64,000 bases of DNA from Candidatus Aenigmatarchaeota archaeon (GTDB taxonomy: Archaea > Aenigmatarchaeota > Aenigmatarchaeia > Aenigmatarchaeales > Aenigmatarchaeaceae), in NCBI GenBank assembly GCA_043802485.1, contig JAZDKZ010000001.1, positions 1 through 64,000 on the forward strand, in the 5' to 3' direction. This document shows, piece by piece, positions 55,719 through 64,000 of this stretch (positions are counted from its first letter, which is position 1; each line of letters starts with the position of its first letter). The position numbers and the translations under genes are program-made. The notes beneath the pieces are model-generated. The model saw only the letters and a list, made by a program, of their open reading frames with translations. It searched no databases and was not told the DNA's origin.

Positions 55719-56123
55719 ATGATAATCGATGCTACAAACGCAATACTGGGCAGGCTCTCGTCAAAGATTGCCAAAGAAGTCTTAAAGGGCCAGCCAGTGA
55801 CTGTGATAAACACCGAGAAGATCGTGGTTTCAGGCAATCCCAAGGCTGTTATAGCCAGGTTTGTCGAGAAGAGAAGCAGGACGGATCCGCACAAGGGACC
55901 CTTCTTTCCAAGATACCCGGACAGGATACTGAAGAGGACTGTCAGGGGCATGCTGCCGTACAAGACCGACAGGGGAATGAAGGCCTTTCGAATGTTAAAG
56001 GTCCATATCGGCAACCCCAACAACCTCAAGGGAGAGCCGCTGGGAAAGACTGCTGATGATTTAAGGTTCAAATACATAACATTGGAAGACGTATGCAAAA
56101 AACTGGGTGCTAAAATTGACTAA
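55719..56123 (+). CDS. rpl13: Ribosomal protein uL13
   Basis: IDATNAILGRL, KGPFFPR, RTVRGMLP. Confidence 0.95.
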   Translation: MIIDATNAILGRLSSKIAKEVLKGQPVTVINTEKIVVSGNPKAVIARFVEKRSRTDPHKGPFFPRYPDRILKRTVRGMLPYKTDRGMKAFRMLKVHIGNPNNLKGEPLGKTADDLRFKYITLEDVCKKLGAKID

Positions 56124-56526
56124 GAAAAAAGGACTGCTTCAGGAAACAGGCAAGAGAAAGAGGTCTGTAGCCAGGGCCTTTGCCAAAAAGGGAAGCGGCA
56201 AGATTTTGATAAACAAAAAACCTTTGGATATAGTCACACCAGAAATGGTAAGACTTATGATAAAGGAGCCTCTGATCATAGGAGGCGCTGCTGCCAACAA
56301 TCTTGACATAACGGTTAACGTAAGCGGCGGTGGCGTTTTCGGCCAGGCATCCGCTGCAAGGCAGGCGATAGCAAAGCTCCTTGTTGATCATGACAAAAAC
56401 CTGAAGGAAAAGTTTTTAAATTACGATAGGTCATTATTGATAGCTGACTCCAGGAGAACCGAGCCGCACAAGCCTTCACGAAGCAGCGCCGGACCCAGGA
56501 GACACAAGCAGAGATCGAAGAGATGA
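56107..56526 (+). CDS. rps9: Ribosomal protein uS9
   Basis: GKRKRSVAR, GGGVFGQA, YDRSLLIADSRR. Confidence 0.95.
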   Translation: MLKLTKKKGLLQETGKRKRSVARAFAKKGSGKILINKKPLDIVTPEMVRLMIKEPLIIGGAAANNLDITVNVSGGGVFGQASAARQAIAKLLVDHDKNLKEKFLNYDRSLLIADSRRTEPHKPSRSSAGPRRHKQRSKR

Positions 56527-56530
56527 AAAA

Positions 56531-56725
56531 ATGATTATACCTGTTCGTTGCATGAGCTGTGGAAAACCCGTTGCCCAGCTATGGGAAACCTTCCAGAAGA
56601 GGGTTGGTCTGGGCGAGGATACGAAAAAAGTCCTGGACGAACTCGGCCTGAAAAGGTACTGCTGCAGGTCGTTGTTCTTGACGCATGTTGACACCTACAA
56701 GCAGATAGCAAAGTACAAGAGATAA
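56531..56725 (+). CDS. rpoN: RNA polymerase subunit N (Rpo10)
   Basis: MIIPVRCMSCGK...LGLKRYCCR. Confidence 0.95.
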   Translation: MIIPVRCMSCGKPVAQLWETFQKRVGLGEDTKKVLDELGLKRYCCRSLFLTHVDTYKQIAKYKR

Positions 56726-57474
56726 TGATGATTGAGACCTGGGTTTACAGCCTGATGAGCGTTTTTCTAATAAGCCTTATTTCCTTTGTCGGTGTTGCGA
56801 CCGTTCTTTTCAAGCAGAGAGGTCTGAACAGGATAGTTCTCTATCTGGTAAGCTTTTCCGTTGGCGGCCTTCTCGGCGACTCGTTCATACACATACTGCC
56901 GGAGGCTATCGAATTGAACACCAGCCTGACTTTGGGTTCTTACATACTTTTAGGTATTATGACATCGTTTGCAATAGAAAAGTTCATTCACTGGAGGCAC
57001 TGTCACGTGCCGACTTCAAAGAGGCATCCACATCCGTTTGCCCTGATGAATCTGATAGGCGACGGCGTCCACAACTTTATCGACGGCATGATAATAGGTG
57101 CAAGCTATCTGACATCCTTCAATGTGGGCGTTGCCACCACATTAGCAGTGATGCTGCACGAGATACCCCAGGAGTTCGGGGACTTTGGCGTGCTTTTGCA
57201 TGGCGGCTTCAAGAGAAGGAAGGCTTTGTTCATGAACTTTGCCACAGCCCTTATGGCTGTTGTGGGCACCTTTACCTCGCTTCTGCTGTTTTCGGTTGTC
57301 GACGGCTTGACAGCTTTCCTGCTGCCCTTCACGATAGGCAGCTTCATTTACATCGCTTCCTCTGATTTGATTCCAGAACTACACAAGGAAACAGACCCAA
57401 AGAAATCTTTGATAGAGTTGTTGATGATTATTGCAGGTATTTCTTTCATGCTGCTGATACTGCTTATCGAGTGA
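56725..57474 (+). CDS. ZIP-family zinc/metal transporter
   Basis: DGVHNFIDG, LHEIPQEFGDFG, DLIPELH, His-rich loop. Confidence 0.92.
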   Translation: MMIETWVYSLMSVFLISLISFVGVATVLFKQRGLNRIVLYLVSFSVGGLLGDSFIHILPEAIELNTSLTLGSYILLGIMTSFAIEKFIHWRHCHVPTSKRHPHPFALMNLIGDGVHNFIDGMIIGASYLTSFNVGVATTLAVMLHEIPQEFGDFGVLLHGGFKRRKALFMNFATALMAVVGTFTSLLLFSVVDGLTAFLLPFTIGSFIYIASSDLIPELHKETDPKKSLIELLMIIAGISFMLLILLIE

Positions 57475-57507
57475 ATAACATTTAAAGCTTATTTTCTAAA
57501 TATTCCC

Positions 57508-57963
57508 ATGAAATTAGATGTCATGAAGCCTAATATCGTGGTAAGGAACACAAAAACAGGAGAAATAGGCGTTCTATATACAGGCTTCCCATATCCTGAA
57601 GGAGGAATAAAAGCGTCGGAATGTGATGGATTCTGCATAGTGTATCAAGGTGATGATAATAATCTTAATTTGACAATGTCATTTGATACTGTTAAATTTA
57701 CAGATGTTGAAGAATACAAGTTAAGACCGGAGGATTTGCTGACCCCAAAACACAGAAAGGAAGTTTGTAAGAAGGGTCAGGACGGAGCGTGTAGATATCT
57801 GATTAACCATGAGGATTACGGCCACGTATGTGCCAAAGTCTTAGGAAATCCTGATACGACTAGACAAATAGACTTTAAAACCTTTGTCAATAAAGATCCA
57901 CACTACAAAGCGAGAGGAAACAATTGTGGTGGAAGATATAACAAGAGGGCTTTAAACATCTAG
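57508..57963 (+). CDS. Hypothetical protein with Cys motif
   Basis: CKKGQDGACRYL...CAK...ARGNNC. Confidence 0.6.
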   Translation: MKLDVMKPNIVVRNTKTGEIGVLYTGFPYPEGGIKASECDGFCIVYQGDDNNLNLTMSFDTVKFTDVEEYKLRPEDLLTPKHRKEVCKKGQDGACRYLINHEDYGHVCAKVLGNPDTTRQIDFKTFVNKDPHYKARGNNCGGRYNKRALNI

Positions 57964-57984
57964 GTTCAGAATATTATAACAGTT

Positions 57985-58206
57985 ATGAAAATAAACGTTT
58001 TCGTCAAACCGAACTCGAAATATTCTCAGGTAGAGAAAATTTCCGACTATGACTACAAAGTGAGGGTCGACGCCCCTGCCACAGATGGCGACGCGAACGC
58101 ACGCCTGATAGAGATACTGGCAGAGCATTTTGAGGTTGCAAAGACATCTGTTTCTATTGTAAAGGGTTTTAAGAGCAAGAGAAAGATTGTCAGCATAAGC
58201 ATGTGA
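57985..58206 (+). CDS. DUF167/UPF0235 (YggU-like) protein
   Basis: VKPNSK...APATDGDAN...IVKGFKSKRK. Confidence 0.88.
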   Translation: MKINVFVKPNSKYSQVEKISDYDYKVRVDAPATDGDANARLIEILAEHFEVAKTSVSIVKGFKSKRKIVSISM

Positions 58207-58262
58207 TATGAAAGGTCCTTTGGATATCTATTAATAATATTGAGAACATAAAGGAAAATTGA

Positions 58263-58336
58263 GGGCCCGTAGTATAACTTGGTCAGTATTTACGCTTGGG
58301 GTGCGTAAGATCGGAGTTCAAATCTCCGCGGGCCCA
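58263..58336 (+). tRNA. tRNA-Pro(GGG), no intron
   Basis: GGGCCCG/CGGGCCC, TACGC-TTGGGGT-GCGTA, TTCAAAT. Confidence 0.93.
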
Positions 58337-58365
58337 CTTTTTTATTCTTAAAACTAATTATTCTT

Positions 58366-59088
58366 ATGAAGTTGATATCATTTTCTCTGGGCACACTACA
58401 TAAATGGATGGACTGTGTAAACAGGGCATCCCTGCTAAAGTTTGTAAAAAAGTTAGACATTCAAGGATTGGAGATTACTCTTGCAACATGGGAACAAGTC
58501 TACAATCTAAGTTTTTCCAAGGCTGATTTGAAATACATCAAAGGTCTGGAATATGTGTCAATCCATACACCCTTTAAAATAACAAGAAGGAGCACTGATA
58601 GAAACGAAATTAAAAACCTTCTCACAAGAATAGAAAAAATATACAATGAGACCAATTCAAAGGCAGTCGTCATTCACCCGGCGGACATTCCAGAACCTAG
58701 AATTTTGGAGAAATACAGCTTCAAAATTATAACAGAAACAGTTCCACAATCTCACAAAGAATACAGAAATTTAAAACTTAAGAGTGTGTTCAAGAAATAT
58801 CCGAAAGTCGGCTTGTGTTTGGATGTTGCACATTCCTATAGGAATTCAAAAACAGAGACTGAATACGTTGTTAAAAATTTCAAGAAAATAATAAAGCAAA
58901 TACACCTTAGCGGCGTCTACAGAAACAGAGACCACATATCTTTGAACTCTGCTACAGAGGATTTTATGAAGTCGATAGAGCCAATAAAGTCTTTAGATGT
59001 TCCTATAATAATAGAAGAAGGATTTGAGAAAGGTAGCATAGAAAGTATAAGAAGGGAAATCAAGCTTGTTAGAAAATTATTTTTTTAA
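58366..59088 (+). CDS. AP endonuclease 2 / xylose isomerase-like TIM barrel protein
   Basis: SIHTP, VIHP, CLDVAH, IHLSG...H, IIEE. Confidence 0.75.
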   Translation: MKLISFSLGTLHKWMDCVNRASLLKFVKKLDIQGLEITLATWEQVYNLSFSKADLKYIKGLEYVSIHTPFKITRRSTDRNEIKNLLTRIEKIYNETNSKAVVIHPADIPEPRILEKYSFKIITETVPQSHKEYRNLKLKSVFKKYPKVGLCLDVAHSYRNSKTETEYVVKNFKKIIKQIHLSGVYRNRDHISLNSATEDFMKSIEPIKSLDVPIIIEEGFEKGSIESIRREIKLVRKLFF

Positions 59089-59997
59089 AAGAACGACCCT
59101 GCTTTCTTTTTTCTCGTCAGCAATCTTATAATCAGAGCAGTCTGCAATCTTCTGAGAGAATTCCTTTATCTCTTCATGTGTTGGCATCGCAGAATAAGGA
59201 AGCCTGTTTCTTGAGAAACCTACAGACATGAAAGCTTTGCACTCTACAAAGTTGGGCGAGGCTTTCTGGATAAGCTCCGCATATTTTTCAGGTTCGATCA
59301 TGTTCAGACCTTTGACCATAGTAAGTCTTATTGCCCTTCTTGTCTTGATTGAAGGCAACAGTTCCAAAGTTCTCTGGTATCTTTCCCAAGAGTTCTTTAT
59401 CATGGGTCTGTTGACCTTGTCCATCATCTCTTTGCTGAAGGAAGACATTGAAACGTAAAGCTGAGTTGGCAAGTTGTCTAATGATTCTATAGCCTCAGGA
59501 AAAGTGCCGTTGGTAACCACAAACGTTTTCATCTTTCTTTTTTCAAAAACTCCCAGCAAGTCGGACATTCTGCTGTAACATAATGGATCTCCGCTCAGGG
59601 ACAGCGCAACGTTGGAAGGTGTCTGCGCCTCCTTCAGATACTTTTCATCATGGGGCACACCGCCCAATCCAGTAAGCAAAACTCTTTGCGCATCTAAAAG
59701 ACCCTCTACCAATTCCTCTGGCTCGTCTTCATTAGGAATCTTCTGGCCTAGTGTAAGCTCGGTCGCCCTCCAGCAGAACTGACAGCCCAGCGAACACCAT
59801 GAAACAGCTGGCGTGCACTGTAGACAGCGATGTGACTTTATGCCAATGTCCTTGTAGAACTGCTCCTTGTAGCAGTGCTCCCTGCCGCTGGTCTTTATCG
59901 ACCTTCTTGTCCATAGACAGAGCTTGGCAGCCGAGTGGTTGCCCACTAGCTTGTACCTCTGCCTCTTCAGAACCTTTTGCACATTTTCCGGGAGCAT
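59077..59997 (-). CDS. taw1: tRNA 4-demethylwyosine synthase (Tyw1/Taw1), radical SAM
   Basis: HSAAKLCLW, CYKEQFY, SHRCLQCTP, CSLGCQFCWR. Confidence 0.92.
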   Translation of the reverse strand: MLPENVQKVLKRQRYKLVGNHSAAKLCLWTRRSIKTSGREHCYKEQFYKDIGIKSHRCLQCTPAVSWCSLGCQFCWRATELTLGQKIPNEDEPEELVEGLLDAQRVLLTGLGGVPHDEKYLKEAQTPSNVALSLSGDPLCYSRMSDLLGVFEKRKMKTFVVTNGTFPEAIESLDNLPTQLYVSMSSFSKEMMDKVNRPMIKNSWERYQRTLELLPSIKTRRAIRLTMVKGLNMIEPEKYAELIQKASPNFVECKAFMSVGFSRNRLPYSAMPTHEEIKEFSQKIADCSDYKIADEKKESRVVLLKK

Positions 59998-60039
59998 TTA
60001 ATCACAAACTTTAATAAACGGTTTGACCAATAAATCCTT

Positions 60040-61542
60040 ATGTCTAAGGATATTAAAGTTCCTGATGATAAAAAAGGTTTAAAATACACGCTGGTTTCTC
60101 CGTTCGTCGAGATAAACATAAAGTGGGAACCCAAAGAAAACGAGTTCATGTACCTTGTTAGCGAGCCCAAGCTTACCAAGGAGGACGAGAAGATAAGGGA
60201 GAAGATTGTCAACGGGCTTTTAGAAATCCTTGACATTGAACTATCTTCAATAAAGAAGAGGAGTGAGGCTCTGGATTATCTGAGGAAGCAGGTCAAAAAA
60301 ATCCTGGACGAGTACGACATCAAGCTTCCGGAAAGCAGGCTCTCGAAAATAATATATTACATCTACAGGGACTTTGTCGGTCTGAATGACATAGAGCCGA
60401 TGATGCAGGACCCGAACATAGAGGACATATCATGCGACGGTATTGGTGTCCCTCTTTTCATAATCCATAGAAAATACGGATCGATAAAGTCGAACGTAGT
60501 ATTCAAGGATGAGAAGCGTTTGAAGGATTTTGTCGTGAAACTTGCCGAGAGGTCTGGTAGGTTCGTTTCATACGCAGAGCCTCTTTTGGACGGGACCTTA
60601 CCTGGGGGCTCAAGAGTTCAGGCAACCTTCTCAGGGGATGTCACAACCAGAGGTCCCAGCTTTACCATAAGGAAGTTCGTACCAGAGCCCTACTCGCCGG
60701 TCGACTTGATGAACAAGAAGACTGTGACTCCGGAGATACTTGCCTACCTCTGGTTAGCTGTGGAGAACGGAGCATCAATCCTGATATCAGGCGGTGCTGG
60801 CACAGGCAAGACCACTTTGTTAAATGTCATGCTCATGTTCGTGCCCTCACAGGCAAAGATAATTTCCATCGAGGACACCAGGGAATTGAACATACCACAT
60901 GAGAACTGGGTACCGTCTGTGACAAGAGTGGGCTTTGCCAAAGGCTACGGTGAAGTTACCATGTTCGATTTATTGAAAGAGTCGTTCAGGCAGACTCCTG
61001 ACTATGTTGTAGTTGGAGAAGTCAGAGGCAAGGAGGCTTATGTGATGTTCCAGGGCATGGCCTCGGGAATTCCGGCCATCGGTACCATGCACGCAGGGAG
61101 AGTCGAGGATGTGATATACAGGCTTGAGACCCCACCCATCAATCTGTCTCCGTCCCTGATTGATACGTTGGATATGATCATAGTGATGATACATGCCAGG
61201 GAGAAGGGCGAGTCAGCCAGAAGGGTCAAAGAGATAGTTGAGATAGAGGCTGTTGTCCAAGAGACTGGCAAGGCCAGGACTAATGCTGTTTACAGATGGG
61301 CGCCAAAGGAGGACAAGTACAGCTTCAAGGGCGTTTCATGGTACCTGCAGCAGCTGGCTGTGCAAAAGGGCCTAGAGACCAGCGACCTTCTGAAAGAGCT
61401 TGACAGGAGAAAGCAGCTGCTGGAGTTCATACAGAAAAAAGGGATATCGAACTACAAAAAAGTCGTGTCTCTGATATCAGAATACAGAAAGAACCCTGCA
61501 GAGGTTATTGAGAAGATAAAATCAGAGGCCGAAAAACTTTAG
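60040..61542 (+). CDS. Type IV pilus/type II-IV secretion assembly ATPase (VirB11/TadA/ArlI family)
   Basis: IEDISCDG, FTIRKF, GGAGTGKTT, IEDTREL, VGEVRG, TMHA. Confidence 0.92.
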   Translation: MSKDIKVPDDKKGLKYTLVSPFVEINIKWEPKENEFMYLVSEPKLTKEDEKIREKIVNGLLEILDIELSSIKKRSEALDYLRKQVKKILDEYDIKLPESRLSKIIYYIYRDFVGLNDIEPMMQDPNIEDISCDGIGVPLFIIHRKYGSIKSNVVFKDEKRLKDFVVKLAERSGRFVSYAEPLLDGTLPGGSRVQATFSGDVTTRGPSFTIRKFVPEPYSPVDLMNKKTVTPEILAYLWLAVENGASILISGGAGTGKTTLLNVMLMFVPSQAKIISIEDTRELNIPHENWVPSVTRVGFAKGYGEVTMFDLLKESFRQTPDYVVVGEVRGKEAYVMFQGMASGIPAIGTMHAGRVEDVIYRLETPPINLSPSLIDTLDMIIVMIHAREKGESARRVKEIVEIEAVVQETGKARTNAVYRWAPKEDKYSFKGVSWYLQQLAVQKGLETSDLLKELDRRKQLLEFIQKKGISNYKKVVSLISEYRKNPAEVIEKIKSEAEKL

Positions 61543-62274
61543 GGCCTCTTCTACGTTCCTGACTTCTATGACAGCAATGCCAACATCCTTGCCTATGTTG
61601 ACTGTTACCTTATCGTAAGTTGTCTCACAGAAGATAAAGCCGTCCCTTCTTGTGCATTTCTCATTGGGCTTTAGGTAGGTCTCTTCTCCTTGGCCGAAAG
61701 GCACAATGAATATCTCTGCGCCCACATCCTTTGCAGCCTTGGCCTTTTCCAATATGCCGCCCACCTCGCCTATAGTACCGTCGCTTTCCACTGTGCCTGT
61801 TATTATCACATTCTCATTTACAGTCTTGTTCTGTAGAGCTGCTATGGTTGCTATCGCGATGGCTGCTCCTGCTGACGGGCCGCCTATAACAGATGCGTTG
61901 GACTTTATGCTGTACATCAGGTCATAGTTGCTCAGGTCTATGCCGGTCATGTTCATTGCCACATACCTTGCAGTCTGTATCGAGAACTGCGTGTCAGTCC
62001 AGAACAGGGGCTTGTCGATGTCCACAAGAACCTTGCCGCTGCCAGGCTTTGCCTCCACAATGAGGGGCGTCATCACTCCGTTGCCGTCCTGGTCTACTGC
62101 CACAAGGCTCAGCTCTGAATAGAACGGCTTCAATGACGACTCAGTGTACACTATGGTCCTTACCTCGGGTTCTGCTGTCTGCATAATGCCCAAGGAAAGG
62201 CCGATCAAAATTCCCAAAAGAAGAACGAATACGTAAGAGCTGTAGTTGGTCTTTCTGTAGCTGTATCTTGCCAT
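61522..62274 (-). CDS. Membrane-anchored Lon-like (S16) serine protease domain protein without ATPase
   Basis: N-terminal TM; GGPSAG and GEVGGILEKAKAA Ser-Lys dyad. Confidence 0.85.
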   Translation of the reverse strand: MARYSYRKTNYSSYVFVLLLGILIGLSLGIMQTAEPEVRTIVYTESSLKPFYSELSLVAVDQDGNGVMTPLIVEAKPGSGKVLVDIDKPLFWTDTQFSIQTARYVAMNMTGIDLSNYDLMYSIKSNASVIGGPSAGAAIAIATIAALQNKTVNENVIITGTVESDGTIGEVGGILEKAKAAKDVGAEIFIVPFGQGEETYLKPNEKCTRRDGFIFCETTYDKVTVNIGKDVGIAVIEVRNVEEALKFFGL

Positions 62275-62292
62275 AGTTATCATCTAAAAATA

Positions 62293-62568
62293 TGCAGAGG
62301 AACGCCTTCAGTGGGTGCCAAGAAAACCATGAAGCTAACCCCATCAATCTTCTCCACTTCGCGACCCTATAAACGTCACTACCATAACTTAGTAGTGCTC
62401 GGTTCCCCGCCTCCTACGGTTCGCTATAACAGTAACTCTACAGGACGAAGCTTCTCAGTCGATCGACAGGACCTCACGGATCCTTGACATCGCCTTTAGG
62501 CTTCGATTGCGCCATGAACCGGATTTGCGCTTATAGGGAACCGGTAGCTCCCCAATCTATCCCCTGCA
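62293..62568 (-). ncRNA. ffs: SRP RNA (7S)
   Basis: Terminal helix GCAGGGGA/UUCCUCUGC; Alu domain with kissing loops ACCGG/CCGGU; helix 8 GUAG-GAGG-CGG-GGAA-CCG-AGCA-CUAC; TTTAAATA 22 nt upstream; T-run downstream. Confidence 0.88.
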
Positions 62569-62610
62569 AAAATAGTTAGAATTCGAATGTATTTAAAACT
62601 TGAAGAACTG

Positions 62611-63348
62611 TCAGATAACAAATCTGTATATAGTACGCAAACCTTGCCTCACACCTTTTATGTTTGGTTCATATGTCTGGAGCAGCTTTTCTATTGAAGA
62701 TCTTACACCTGGCCTCATTTCTATAAACGAGGGGTACTCTAGTTTTTTTATGACGTTTTCTTTATCAAGATGCTTCAAGTCGTATATGGTAGTGCATGTT
62801 CCCACTTGCTTTGCTGTTTTTGCGTCACTGAACCCTACAAAAGGTGTTCCTTTCTCCTTTGCCCACTTTATGTTCCTTAAATGGTGCAGTCTAAAAAAAG
62901 GAACACTATCTACTGCCCCTGTTACAGCGTCTACTGCTACTATTTTTTTGTTCCTGTACAGGTCATGAACCTGCTTCTTTGACAACGAGCCTGGAATGCT
63001 GGGATGAGTTGCGACCGCCTTGCCTCCCTATGCTATTATCTCATCAGCAGCCTCGTAGCAGCTTAACTTTTTAGGATTTTTAATGACCTCAGTAATATCA
63101 ATACCAAGCATGTCACCATCCCTACTTGTTACTTCCTGTACAGGAAAGGTGACCATGCCATATTCTTCACACAGATTTTTTATCATCCTATAAGCTTCTA
63201 TTGGTTTTTCCTTTTCTGATAATGCAAATATGCTGATTTCTTTTTTCTTTGCTGCTTCGACCATCTGTTTCGGACTAGAATTGTATGGAAAGTGGCTGCT
63301 GCTGCCGTTCAGACTGTGCGCATGTAAATCAGCTCTATATATTGCCAA
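62611..63348 (-). pseudogene. PHP-domain phosphoesterase-like gene with in-frame TAG at 63028-63030
   Basis: RADLHAHS...EVTSRDGDMLG...EIIA*GGKAVATHP...GFSDAK; the two ORF-track pieces are in the same frame. Confidence 0.7.
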
Positions 63349-63473
63349 AAAAATCACTTGTGATTCGAGAACAAGAGTCTCGAGCGATGTTGATACCTTT
63401 ATTGGTACCAATGTCTGTACTTATATTGTAACTAACATATTTAAATATTCCCACAAAAATAAGAGTAGATAAC

Positions 63474-63743
63474 ATGAAGAACCTAAATGTAATCAAAAGC
63501 TTGGCTGAGAACAAGACCATAAAGAACATTTTCAAGGCGCTTTTCAAGGAAAAACAGGAAGGAAAACTAGGGGTATCTATAACGAAACTTTCGGAAAAGA
63601 CGGGTATTGAAAGACATAGGTTGGTTGGTATACTCGAGGTTTTGGTTGTGCTAGGAATTCTAGTTGCATTTGACATAGGTATGGCCAAGGCATTTGCACC
63701 ATCTCCTATGTTGTTAAAAGTAAAGAACCTAATCAGATTATAG
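63474..63743 (+). CDS. Small winged-helix protein
   Basis: GVSITKLSEKTGIERHRLVGILEVL...IGMAK. Confidence 0.65.
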   Translation: MKNLNVIKSLAENKTIKNIFKALFKEKQEGKLGVSITKLSEKTGIERHRLVGILEVLVVLGILVAFDIGMAKAFAPSPMLLKVKNLIRL

Positions 63744-63843
63744 AACAGTTACATACAAGCTATTGCAGTGACATTTCTTCTATTTTTTGTTAGAAAGCAA
63801 AAATACCGTCAAATTTATATAGCTAAATGCAAAACTCATAATC

Positions 63844-64000
63844 ATGGCAGACCCAAGGTCGATAACATTCTGGATTATAGGGGCTATATGCGTCTTTGTA
63901 GGGGCGTTGATAGCAGGTAGTGTCGATCCGTCTGTTATTGGAGCAACCACGACTTCTGTGGCAGTGTCCTACATAATATCATTCGTCCTGATACTGATAG
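63844..64000 (+). CDS. Membrane protein, 3' partial
   Basis: MADPRSITFWIIGAICVFVGALIAGS..., open to the window end. Confidence 0.55.
   Translation, partial: MADPRSITFWIIGAICVFVGALIAGSVDPSVIGATTTSVAVSYIISFVLILI

Noticed and set aside
62293..62568. RNase P RNA or raiA-like RNA as the identity of the structured RNA
   Set aside because: No P4 GAGGAAAGUCC-type motif; the Alu domain and helix 8 identify it as SRP RNA.
63028..63030. Genome-wide TAG reassignment
   Set aside because: TAG terminates conserved genes such as rps7 and rps8 at their normal ends.
63401..63412. Perfect palindrome ATTGGTACCAAT between the PHP gene and the wHTH gene
   Set aside because: Single occurrence; a plausible operator but with no further support.
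1..64000. CRISPR arrays, IS elements, integrases, rRNA genes
   Set aside because: No regularly spaced repeats, transposase or integrase motifs, or rRNA sequence were seen by eye.

Overview
64 kb of an archaeal chromosome, most likely a DPANN lineage such as Ca. Aenigmarchaeota. This is inferred from divergent archaeal ribosomal proteins, the EF-2 G1 variant SHIHHGKT, TATA boxes about 22 nt before leaderless starts and many pilin-like genes. Most of the window is the translation superoperon (uS12-uS7-EF2-EF1A-uS10; uL3 to secY-adk-ndk-eL34-eL14-Cbf5; uS13-uS4-uS11-Rpo3; eL18-uL13-uS9-Rpo10), interrupted repeatedly by small extra genes. The left end holds a >1021-aa Cys-rich secreted protein missed by the ORF track, a probable clan-CD peptidase, the PINA ATPase and a type IV pilus locus. 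There are six tRNA genes, five with BHB introns, and an SRP RNA that appears to lack helix 6. Best new signals: (1) three tRNA introns carry box C/D guide elements. The tRNA-Ser(UGA) intron is a complete double-guide sRNA with compensatory box changes, complementary to conserved 16S decoding-site and 23S A-loop sequences. The tRNA-Gln(UUG) and tRNA-Leu(UAA) introns are minimal D'/C' half-guides that both point at U34 of their own pre-tRNA by the +5 rule. (2) An Ile-rich 19-aa leader peptide sits directly upstream of a bacterial-type citramalate synthase, suggesting amino-acid attenuation in an archaeon. All homology calls are from motif recognition, not database searches.
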